Shown here: positions 18,601 through 25,716 of the stretch, one piece after another
Numbering within the stretch: position 1 is the first letter of the stretch
Layout: the number at the start of each line of letters is the position of its first letter
Virus record (IMG/VR): IMGVR_UViG_3300037840_000047
Location: 1 to 58,085 of that record
DNA: 58,085 bases
From: a virus
Lineage: Duplodnaviria; Caudoviricetes
Reading direction: 5' to 3' (one strand)
The notes under the pieces: model-generated
What the model was told of the DNA's origin: nothing
The model's input: the letters and a program-made list of their open reading frames with translations, nothing else
Database searches by the model: none
Program-made: the position numbers and the translations under genes

Positions 18601-19934
18601 ACGGAACCGGCTCCGTGCTCACATTCATCGGAACCAATGTAGGCGATGGCCTAGGCGGCAGTGGGTGTATCTCCGGCGCTGGCTGCATGATCAACATCGA
18701 CGGCTCGACTGGCTTACAAGGTAGTTGCACCATCACCTGCCATTACGTAAGCACGATTACCTTTGACGGGCTATATCTTGAATCAACTTCTGGCGGACTC
18801 GGGACGACCGGCAACTTCATCGAAGTCCGTAATTGCCGAAGTTGTCAGTTCTACAACGTACTGTTCAACGGTGGACCGACTCTCACTACTGGACTCAGCA
18901 TCTCGAACTCAGGTTCGACCATCACTGGACTCGTCAGGATTAGCGGCAGATTGCTTGGCGCACACGCCACCAATATCATCAACAACTCAATCACGGGATA
19001 TACGTCGGGGAACACTGGTCCAGACTTCGACTATATGTTCCCTGGAATGCAGAGTCTCGGAACGTACATTGATGGAGTAGAAACCGTAACCGGGCTTGCT
19101 ACGTTTAGCGGGGCGGGGGCGGCTTCTACCCCTGGATTGGCCGTGACTGGTGCGCCGTATCACGGCGGCACGGCGACCACAAACTTCCCACAGCTTTACA
19201 TCAACGACGGCACGGGGCCAACGACATTCTCAACATCAGGAACAGAGTTCGGCATCAACACGCCATCTGGGTTTACAGGCAACTTCCTCGACTTCCATGT
19301 GAACGGTGCAGCGTCGATAGATACTATTAACTATCTTGGTACGCTTACAATCTCGGGAGCTACGGCAGGATTCCTGTCTTTGGGGCAAGGTTCCACCAAT
19401 TCCACGGGAACAACCAATGTCACATATCAAGCCCCCACTTCCGTTACCTCGTATTTGGTTACCGTACCGGGTACGGCGGGGCAGGGAACCATCACCGGAA
19501 CGCTATCCGGCACTACTATTACGCAGGGATTCAGCGGGGATTCTGGACATTCGGCGGTGGTCACTACGGGTTCTGGCACGTCTATTGGATCGACTCAGTT
19601 GTGCTCGACAACGATTTGCCCCGCAGGAACGTATCGCGTCAATGTCTATATCGACATCACGACCGCTTGCGGAACAACCGGAACTTACGTGGTTAATCTT
19701 ATCTACACGGACGACCAAGGGTCGAAGACCGTCCCGGTTAACATAAACGGTTCAGGTTCAGTTCCCGCTACAGGCGTGTTGACTACCACCTCAACGGCAA
19801 ACTACGGGGAGAACGCGCAGATCATTCGGTCTACCGGCGCTGCGTCGATCAATTACTCGACCACGGCTGCGGCTTGTGGTACGGCAGGCCCTATGGTGGG
19901 AAAATTATATTTGTCAGTTGAACCCTTAATGTAG
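15639..19934 (+). CDS. large tail fibre/tailspike-like protein with signal peptide
   Basis: MRRILQLAIAVALWSLPALA|Q; N-terminal VTVYATGT...IYS...SNPFTANSDG; G/S/T-rich; central beta-helix-like region. Confidence 0.7.
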   Translation: MRRILQLAIAVALWSLPALAQGSLAGVTGDCTIGGQQALTQGLPSTATQQIGTTNVLVGAGVQASFPGCLVTVYATGTSNKASIYSNNLLSPTPLSNPFTANSDGSWTLFVGTGACYDITISSGTGPFLPYPRTYPDVCEGSGSSGTITGVTPGGFLLLTGTTVGFQTCGTIGQVPTWNGVSWACGTPGSGSVVSVSGTANEITVTNPTTTPQIFLANPGITPGDWTVGGNGFFNNNATVTGLLTANGGFLANTATVSSLVSGQCVQASTAGLLTTTGSPCGNSGGGITGSGNSGNLAEFTGSASIGNAPIVDGGSTGLVVTNPTAGNFNVNTGGLTGGQLIVAGPTASPQSSYIGQLPLSQVGTSATNYSYCRFNTGTLACAALGGATGNSAFLNLSDTTIANPSWQLKDSLLDEIYGLGTGGIVVNVPSGGFATLFDVNLTQVAAIGSIGGNTGIQINSGSVLNLPMTGTQCLEEVSGIVTATGSACGSGGGSSALSAITAATTTNTIANGNNGGQVWNWAQTSASQTAFTFGETTAATGSGDQELLVKTLAGSTSAPLTVISSLTGSQNLPTVQITPTWNTTGVVDAALFINVTNAASGTGSTLIDAQVGAVSQWKADKTGQTTQNGPVNVLSDGVHAGSVQLLGNTTVPSLTANTFSIIGPNSVSFTAWAIQMSTNSPSVPSLLKMGTSSGGISQGSPITIQGTDTSILSSGTISGTSILLCTDGNGGATTSSCPTSSLPSGTQGNDLINTSSGTGTTYSARPNVIHTASYPAATFDVILAACSASPTPCYVIGDPSGTPIQVGNTPAVIGSFTQQVIFENQGVALECVGTVGANCIAISQWGSMSCRAIGIGTPASGCMVYTSSSANITSMVTNATQDGTQSAFTLRGFNFVPNATATIVNAAIWIVAVEGKGVIEDSSVLGIAGTNSSCNGNPAHTFCDLSLEDGLTTGSNNQLVFKNNAFYGNGKAGNVSINIVSSPSSGNGTGSVLTFIGTNVGDGLGGSGCISGAGCMINIDGSTGLQGSCTITCHYVSTITFDGLYLESTSGGLGTTGNFIEVRNCRSCQFYNVLFNGGPTLTTGLSISNSGSTITGLVRISGRLLGAHATNIINNSITGYTSGNTGPDFDYMFPGMQSLGTYIDGVETVTGLATFSGAGAASTPGLAVTGAPYHGGTATTNFPQLYINDGTGPTTFSTSGTEFGINTPSGFTGNFLDFHVNGAASIDTINYLGTLTISGATAGFLSLGQGSTNSTGTTNVTYQAPTSVTSYLVTVPGTAGQGTITGTLSGTTITQGFSGDSGHSAVVTTGSGTSIGSTQLCSTTICPAGTYRVNVYIDITTACGTTGTYVVNLIYTDDQGSKTVPVNINGSGSVPATGVLTTTSTANYGENAQIIRSTGAASINYSTTAAACGTAGPMVGKLYLSVEPLM

Positions 19935-19945
19935 GAGTCAGCTAA

Positions 19946-20734
19946 ATGAGAAAAGCCTTCCTTTGTGTGGTCATGTTTTGCATCGCGGCTCTTGGGCAGA
20001 CCTCTGCCGGTGGGCAAGCAGTGGTTGGAGGCAGGGCCATCCTCGGCGGCGGCGTAACAGGCGGTGGACCAATTCAGACGGTAACCTTTGTTTCTTTTGC
20101 GGCCAGTGCGGGAGAGACGAATAGCACCCCAGTAGCTACGATGGTTACAGCTACGGCGACATATCAAGTCACGGCAGGGAATATTCTGGTGTGTTTCCCG
20201 TCCTCAGGCACTACGAGTGTAAGCTTCACGTCGCTCACCGATACCGCTGGTAACACCTTTACGCCAGTTGGCAGCGTTTCCAGTTCGACCGTGGGTTCGG
20301 TGCAGCTTTTTTATTCCATTATGACCACCAGCAACGCGGCAGACGTGGTTACGGCCAATATGAGTCCGAACGGTGCGTTCAACTCCATGACGTGTTCGCA
20401 GTTCAGTAAAGCTGGAGGGTCGTGGAATCTAGACGCAGCCCCTACGACGGCTACGGGCACTACTGGCACGTCAATGACTTCTAATACCTTCTCCACGGCC
20501 CAAACCAAGGAAGCCATCATCGCGGCAGGAAGAACGTTTGGAGGCTATACCGCAGGCACCCCAACGATTGGCGGAACGGGAGCGGGTGGATCGGTACAGA
20601 ATGGGTCAAGTGCCGATCAGGTCATGTTCTACCTTCTTCCCACCACGACGCAATCGAGTATCACCGCAACCGTAGCAGGTGTGGGCGGTGGCAATCCGTG
20701 GGCAATCGCAGTAGCGAGTTTCTATGCTCAGTAA
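19946..20734 (+). CDS. secreted S/T-rich beta protein
   Basis: MRKAFLCVVMFCIAALG|Q; AGGAG RBS. Confidence 0.7.
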   Translation: MRKAFLCVVMFCIAALGQTSAGGQAVVGGRAILGGGVTGGGPIQTVTFVSFAASAGETNSTPVATMVTATATYQVTAGNILVCFPSSGTTSVSFTSLTDTAGNTFTPVGSVSSSTVGSVQLFYSIMTTSNAADVVTANMSPNGAFNSMTCSQFSKAGGSWNLDAAPTTATGTTGTSMTSNTFSTAQTKEAIIAAGRTFGGYTAGTPTIGGTGAGGSVQNGSSADQVMFYLLPTTTQSSITATVAGVGGGNPWAIAVASFYAQ

Positions 20735-22331
20735 ACTCATCCTCGTGCTTATGCTGACGACTCCCGCATTCGGGACAACGTACTTCGTCTCACAATCAGG
20801 CACGACTTCTAATTGCCTGCCCGATGGGACTTCCTCACAGGCTACGATCTCCGTGGCGACCTTGAACGGAAGCTCTACCTATTGGCAGCCGGGGAACAAA
20901 ATTGCCCTCTGCGGCACGATCACAACTCAACTCTACGCCCAAGGCGGAGGATCAAGCGGGAGCGTCCTGACGATTCAGTTTGAGACCGGAGCTTCCATTC
21001 AAATCACCCCCGGATGCGACTCAAACGGGTGCATCCACCTTGGCTATTCCTATGTCCTCGTTGACGGCGGAGCGGGACAGCCCTGCGGCTGGAACACCGC
21101 TACGAACGTGACCGAAGGCACCTGCAACGGCCAGATAGAAAACATGCTGTCAGGAACGAATGGCCAGACTTGTCCTGGCGGAACCTGCAACGGGACACTC
21201 TATGGGAACCTCATTTACGCAGGGTCCAACGTCGGTAACATAGAGATTCGCAATCTTAATCTAGGACCACAGTACATCCACACAGCCAATGCCGCAGGGT
21301 TAGCCGATAACAACATCCCCGGAGGCGTCACTACCAATCAGGGTAGCAACTGGAATGTGCACGACAACAAAATGCACGACAGTGGGTGGTTCTTCACGTT
21401 GAACTGGGGCTCGGGAACGATCACGGGAATGCAGTTCTCGAATAATGAATTTTACTTTTGCGGACACACCTTTGCGGTCGGAGGGGCTGGAGCCGGATCG
21501 CTGACATTCGTGGTCAACGGAAATTACGATCATGACCATTACAACTGGGACATGACCTCGGACGACGAGCATCACAACTTCGTCCACGTCTTCAGTTCGG
21601 GATTGAACGGGACGGTCAACGCCACCTATTACAACAACATCATGGGCGGCCAGACGGGCACTTACGTCACCGCACAGTTCTTCTCCGAGGAAATGACCAC
21701 GGTCACGGAAGTAATTTTCAATAACGTCATCAATCTGAGCAGCAATAGCAGTGGCAATGGTTGGGGACCAGCCATGTGCAATAGCAACTGCTTCTTTTAC
21801 AACAATACCGTCAGTTATGCGGGGCAGGATGTGTCGGTCGGATACTCGACTTACACCTTCGCATCAGCCTTCGAGAACAACGCGCTTCTGAATTCCAGCA
21901 CACTGCTGAATCTCGCAGGGTCCGCTACCTCTCTTTCTCCCTTCGATTACAACGCCTACGGCCCTGCACTGAGTTCAAACATCTGGGTCTACCGAGGCGC
22001 GGATTACAACGGCTCGCAGTTCTCCGCTTGGAAAACGGCATCAGGGGAAGGTTCGCATTCTTTCTACAACGGCTCGGGACTCACGCTGAATGCCTCGCTT
22101 CAACCCCAGACCGGCTCGCCCTTAATCGCCGCTGGCGTTAATGTCTGCGTGGTTAATGCGTCTTTCTGTACTAGTTACCCGGCCATTAAAAGTGACATTG
22201 CCGGAACTGTCCGCCCCACAAGCGGGGCATGGGACATCGGGGCTTATCAGGCTGGTGTTGCTCCGCCCACAAACATCCCTTCACTTACGAATGGCGTGGT
22301 AGTTACAAACGGGGTAATCTTGTCTCAATGA
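20724..22331 (+). CDS. secreted right-handed beta-helix protein with choice-of-anchor-Q-like C-terminus
   Basis: Signal peptide MLSKLILVLMLTTPAFG; Asn-ladder repeats (YYNNI, IFNNV, FYNNT, FENNA); SPLIAAG...DIAGTVRPTSGAWDIGAYQ. Confidence 0.75.
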   Translation: MLSKLILVLMLTTPAFGTTYFVSQSGTTSNCLPDGTSSQATISVATLNGSSTYWQPGNKIALCGTITTQLYAQGGGSSGSVLTIQFETGASIQITPGCDSNGCIHLGYSYVLVDGGAGQPCGWNTATNVTEGTCNGQIENMLSGTNGQTCPGGTCNGTLYGNLIYAGSNVGNIEIRNLNLGPQYIHTANAAGLADNNIPGGVTTNQGSNWNVHDNKMHDSGWFFTLNWGSGTITGMQFSNNEFYFCGHTFAVGGAGAGSLTFVVNGNYDHDHYNWDMTSDDEHHNFVHVFSSGLNGTVNATYYNNIMGGQTGTYVTAQFFSEEMTTVTEVIFNNVINLSSNSSGNGWGPAMCNSNCFFYNNTVSYAGQDVSVGYSTYTFASAFENNALLNSSTLLNLAGSATSLSPFDYNAYGPALSSNIWVYRGADYNGSQFSAWKTASGEGSHSFYNGSGLTLNASLQPQTGSPLIAAGVNVCVVNASFCTSYPAIKSDIAGTVRPTSGAWDIGAYQAGVAPPTNIPSLTNGVVVTNGVILSQ

Positions 22332-22339
22332 GAGGGTTT

Positions 22340-22693
22340 ATGACAAAGCGAATTTGGCTTCCGATTCTAGTCGTTGCCACACTTGCGGTAGTCGTCTGGG
22401 CACAGTCCTATAGCACTCTTGGCGGTGCCCCGATTGCCCCCACGGTGGCCGGCTGCACGCTCTCTGGGGCCGGTGCATGGTCCCTATGCCCAGTAGGGTC
22501 AGGCACAACCTATCAGATGTACGTTTCCTACAATGGTGGAGCATATCAGTTGCTCGGTGGTGGAGGTGCGAGCGGCGTAACATCATTCAATGGCAGGACT
22601 GGTGCAGTCACCTTGAGCGATGCGGACGTAACCGGGACGGGGCTTAAAGTCACGACCACGGTCACAAGCACGGCGGTGAGCACTCCCCAATGA
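22340..22693 (+). CDS. small secreted protein with tail-fibre repeat
   Basis: MTKRIWLPILVVATLAVVVWA|Q; GVTSFNGRTGAVTLSDADV. Confidence 0.7.
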   Translation: MTKRIWLPILVVATLAVVVWAQSYSTLGGAPIAPTVAGCTLSGAGAWSLCPVGSGTTYQMYVSYNGGAYQLLGGGGASGVTSFNGRTGAVTLSDADVTGTGLKVTTTVTSTAVSTPQ

Positions 22694-23259
22694 AAGCCTT
22701 GTGTCAATTTGCGCTTCTCTTGCTCGCTACGACAGCCTTTGGGCAGGCCGATGCCAGAGAATGCTTTCAGGGCACAGACGTGGACCAAGGGCCTCCACTT
22801 CACTACCTTAAGGCCGTGCCATGCAACAATGTGCCTACCTTCAAGCCCTCACGGGACTGGAGGGTAGTTCCTCCCCTTGAGCCTCAGATTCACTGGTACT
22901 CACTGCCAAAAGACCCTTCTACCCCGCGCGGCAGGAAGAAACTACTGCTCTACATCCCCATCATGGGCTTTGCCATCGCGAGTGATTGGGCAGACATCCG
23001 CAACTCATCCGCAGCATTCAAACTCGGCTACATCGAAGGCAATGATTGGCTGGTGGGTCGCAAGCCTACGGAACTGCAATTAGCTGCCAGAGATGGGCTT
23101 GAACTGGCTGTATCGACCGCCCCTTCGGTTCTGATGTACAAACTGCGAAATGCTCCCTTGTTTTACGGGTTCATGTCGGGTCCGGTAGCGTTCGGCATAA
23201 GGCACATCCAAGGGGCGATTGCAGGGTATAAAGACTTGCATCCAAAGGAGGGGAAATGA
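22690..23259 (+). CDS. secreted or membrane protein
   Basis: MKALCQFALLLLATTAFG|Q; D..NS......GYIEGN motif among hydrophobic helices. Confidence 0.6.
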   Translation: MKALCQFALLLLATTAFGQADARECFQGTDVDQGPPLHYLKAVPCNNVPTFKPSRDWRVVPPLEPQIHWYSLPKDPSTPRGRKKLLLYIPIMGFAIASDWADIRNSSAAFKLGYIEGNDWLVGRKPTELQLAARDGLELAVSTAPSVLMYKLRNAPLFYGFMSGPVAFGIRHIQGAIAGYKDLHPKEGK

Positions 23260-23516
23260 TCGGATGGGTAGAGTCGCACGGCATTGAAGTTCTAGTGATG
23301 TACTACGTGTTTGCTGCGTTTAGTGGCGGGATGCCAACCCCGAGCGATACCGCAAGCGTGGCGTACCGCTGGATATTCAGCTCATTGAGTATCCTGAATG
23401 CCAGCATCGCACGTCTTGTAGCGACTCAACTCCCGTCGTCGAAGATGGGTCAGGCTCTAACGAGTGGTCCACCTGTTCAGGATGTTTCGCTAGAGCCGCC
23501 AAAGGATAAACCGTAG
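23256..23516 (+). CDS. small membrane protein, holin candidate
   Basis: Hydrophobic segments; AAGGAGG RBS; lysis-module position. Confidence 0.5.
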   Translation: MIGWVESHGIEVLVMYYVFAAFSGGMPTPSDTASVAYRWIFSSLSILNASIARLVATQLPSSKMGQALTSGPPVQDVSLEPPKDKP

Positions 23517-23552
23517 TGTTCGGATTTCGTAACAAAAGCCACTCCGTACTCT

Positions 23553-23936
23553 TTGGGTAAGGCAAAGGTGAATGAATATCTTGGCATGGTACTCGACTCC
23601 AGTAACGAGAGTGGGCAGCTTGCACTCAGCGCACTTGCTCTTGTGGGCACTGTCGTTGGTGCTGTTGTCAGTGGCTATTTACTTTCTGTTATCAAGTCTA
23701 GCCGAACTCGGACACAGCAAGACATTGCCCAACTTGGTTTACAGATTGCTAGTGAATGCGATGCTCGGCGTGCAGCAGTCGATGGCGAGGTTAGGGAACG
23801 TCAGCAGGGTGACAACAAAGAAGGGGATGTCAGGCGTGCCAAGGACGACGAACTGGGGCGTGATATCAGCCGGATTCGGGAACGCATGGCATATGATCGC
23901 GGACAGGCGCAGAAGCCATTCCCAGGAGACGACTGA
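23553..23936 (+). CDS. single-TM plus coiled-coil protein (holin/spanin-like; start uncertain)
   Basis: TM LALSALALVGTVVGAVVSGYLL followed by a charged helix. Confidence 0.5.
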   Translation: MGKAKVNEYLGMVLDSSNESGQLALSALALVGTVVGAVVSGYLLSVIKSSRTRTQQDIAQLGLQIASECDARRAAVDGEVRERQQGDNKEGDVRRAKDDELGRDISRIRERMAYDRGQAQKPFPGDD

Positions 23937-23938
23937 GT

Positions 23939-24097
23939 TTATCGCCAATGAGAGGCGAGTCCAGCCGACCCAAGGAGGAGACTGAGGAAGTAGCAGGCTA
24001 TCGCGGCCCAGCCCAGGGACCAGCTTGGAGCGCCGATATTGCGTGCAGCGAGGCAGGCCAGAACAAACGCGAACACGAGCAGGATCAGTGAGATCAT
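23939..24097 (-). CDS. small two-TM membrane protein (52 aa)
   Basis: MISLILLVFAFVLACLAARNIGAPSWSLGWAAIACYFLSLLLGSAGLASHWR; GAGGTG RBS; fits the gap between + genes. Confidence 0.7.
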   Translation of the reverse strand: MISLILLVFAFVLACLAARNIGAPSWSLGWAAIACYFLSLLLGSAGLASHWR

Positions 24098-24151
24098 GGT
24101 GTCACCTCGGGGATAGGATAGCCATTTTGCGGAAAGGGTTGCTGTGCAATT

Positions 24152-24367
24152 TTGACCATGACGGAAGCAGTGGAGATCGCGCTAATCGTGGCAGTGCCGC
24201 CTACTATCGCGTCGGTGGCGGCGGTGATTATGTCGATCAAGAACGGGACTAAAATCCAAGAGGTGCACCTAGGCATCAACAGCCGCATGGACGAACTGGT
24301 AAGAGCATCCAAGGCCCAAGGACGACAGGATGAGCGAGACGCCACAAGAGGAACTAGCACGACTTGA
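24152..24367 (+). CDS. holin-like single-TM protein
   Basis: IALIVAVPPTIASVAAVIMSI followed by VHLGINSRMDEL. Confidence 0.6.
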   Translation: MTMTEAVEIALIVAVPPTIASVAAVIMSIKNGTKIQEVHLGINSRMDELVRASKAQGRQDERDATRGTSTT

Positions 24368-24482
24368 GCGCCAGCGGGATGAGACGACGGACTCGCAGGT
24401 GCGGTCGATCATTGACAACCGAATTGCGGAACTGAAGCGGAAGGCCGTGGAATTCCGCAGGAGTAACTTGGAGGAACGATAA
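24330..24482 (+). CDS. small coiled-coil protein (50 aa)
   Basis: MSETPQEELARLERQRDETTDSQVRSIIDNRIAELKRK...; stop abuts the next ATG. Confidence 0.45.
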   Translation: MSETPQEELARLERQRDETTDSQVRSIIDNRIAELKRKAVEFRRSNLEER

Positions 24483-25145
24483 ATGCCCCTCGTTGACGTT
24501 CTGAACTACATGTTGCCGGATCAGGCGTGGGCACTGGAGAACCATCTTGCCGTAGCGGGAGCAGGTGGGCAACCGCTCTACACCCTCGTCTCAGGCAAGA
24601 AGGTGTGGTACATCAAGGGCGCTGCCGGATACCCGTGGGAGATGAACAGTTTCGATGAGAGCTACATTTACCGCTCGATCACGGGGAATGTTTTAACCTC
24701 GCCTACCACATTCAGAATGTTCGCTTCGGGGACGTGGCCGTATGCCAATGGTGGGATCGTGTGGGCACCGCGATACTTCACGCCGGGAGCGTTTACCCCT
24801 CCAATCGTTACGGCAGACTCCACGTATCGTGCATACTCGGCCTGCGCGACCTTCACAACACAAACCCTTGGTGGTCCTGTGGAGACGCAAATCTCAGGCC
24901 CATATGAGATTGCCTTTGGCATTTCCCCTGGAGTGCAGGAGTCGATCATCCAAACTTACAAGTGGGGGCCGGGATACGCGACAATGGAAGTCAGCTGTTA
25001 TGCGAAGGGCTTAGGTTTGGTGCAGTGGCAGTCGTACAGCCTAGTGAATGGGGTGTACGTCCTAAAACAGTCGATTTTGTTTGGTACGCAGGTTGCTGGA
25101 GGGGTTGTTCCCCTCGATTTCCCGTGCGGTGTTCCTACGATTTAA
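24483..25145 (+). CDS. hypothetical aromatic-rich beta protein
   Basis: GGAGG RBS; TAATG coupling to the next gene. Confidence 0.65.
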   Translation: MPLVDVLNYMLPDQAWALENHLAVAGAGGQPLYTLVSGKKVWYIKGAAGYPWEMNSFDESYIYRSITGNVLTSPTTFRMFASGTWPYANGGIVWAPRYFTPGAFTPPIVTADSTYRAYSACATFTTQTLGGPVETQISGPYEIAFGISPGVQESIIQTYKWGPGYATMEVSCYAKGLGLVQWQSYSLVNGVYVLKQSILFGTQVAGGVVPLDFPCGVPTI

Positions 25146-25510
25146 TGTGGACTTACAACCAAATATCGGGAATTCTGTCGCACAACGGGCAACAGGTTGG
25201 GTCTGGTTACTCTGGACACGGCGACGGCGTGAACAATCCAGCGATGCAGTCGGTGTCGAACGTAGGGCCGATTCCACAGGGCCAGTGGACGATAGGAGAT
25301 GGAGTGGACAACCCGAAGCTAGGCCCGATAGCGATGCCATTAGCGCCGAACATTGGTACAGAGACCTACGGCAGAGGTGGGTTTTTTATTCACGGGGACT
25401 CCGTTGAATTTGCTGGTTTGGAAGAAGCTAGTCACGGCTGTATTATCATGGGCAGAACAATTCGGGAGCAGATCAATTCTGATCTCGACAAAGACTTGCA
25501 GGTAGTCTGA
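25145..25510 (+). CDS. Tlde1/DUF2778 L,D-transpeptidase-fold protein, candidate lysin
   Basis: GYSG...NNP...GPIPQGQWTI...GRGGFFIHGD...ASHGCI. Confidence 0.8.
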   Translation: MWTYNQISGILSHNGQQVGSGYSGHGDGVNNPAMQSVSNVGPIPQGQWTIGDGVDNPKLGPIAMPLAPNIGTETYGRGGFFIHGDSVEFAGLEEASHGCIIMGRTIREQINSDLDKDLQVV

Positions 25511-25710
25511 TGCCATGGAAAGAGAGCGATGCACCGAAGAAAAACAAAAAGGCTAAGTCCCGAAGGTGCAAACATGCTTTTGCTGGGGCTAGTAATTCTA
25601 TATTTAGGAAGACGGGCGACGAGGGGCGTGCGGTCAGAGGCGGGAATGCTGCCGTCAACAAGTGCAACGCGAAGTCGAAGCGAAAGAAGCGTAGGTCTGT
25701 GAAAAGATAA
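25510..25710 (+). CDS. small basic protein, ChaB-like
   Basis: MPW...GDEGRAVRGGNAAV with a K/R-rich tail. Confidence 0.55.
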   Translation: MPWKESDAPKKNKKAKSRRCKHAFAGASNSIFRKTGDEGRAVRGGNAAVNKCNAKSKRKKRRSVKR

Positions 25711-25716
25711 GTATGT

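Noticed and set aside
15639-22331. Diversity-generating retroelement targeting fibres
   Set aside because: No reverse transcriptase and no TR/VR repeat pair noticed.
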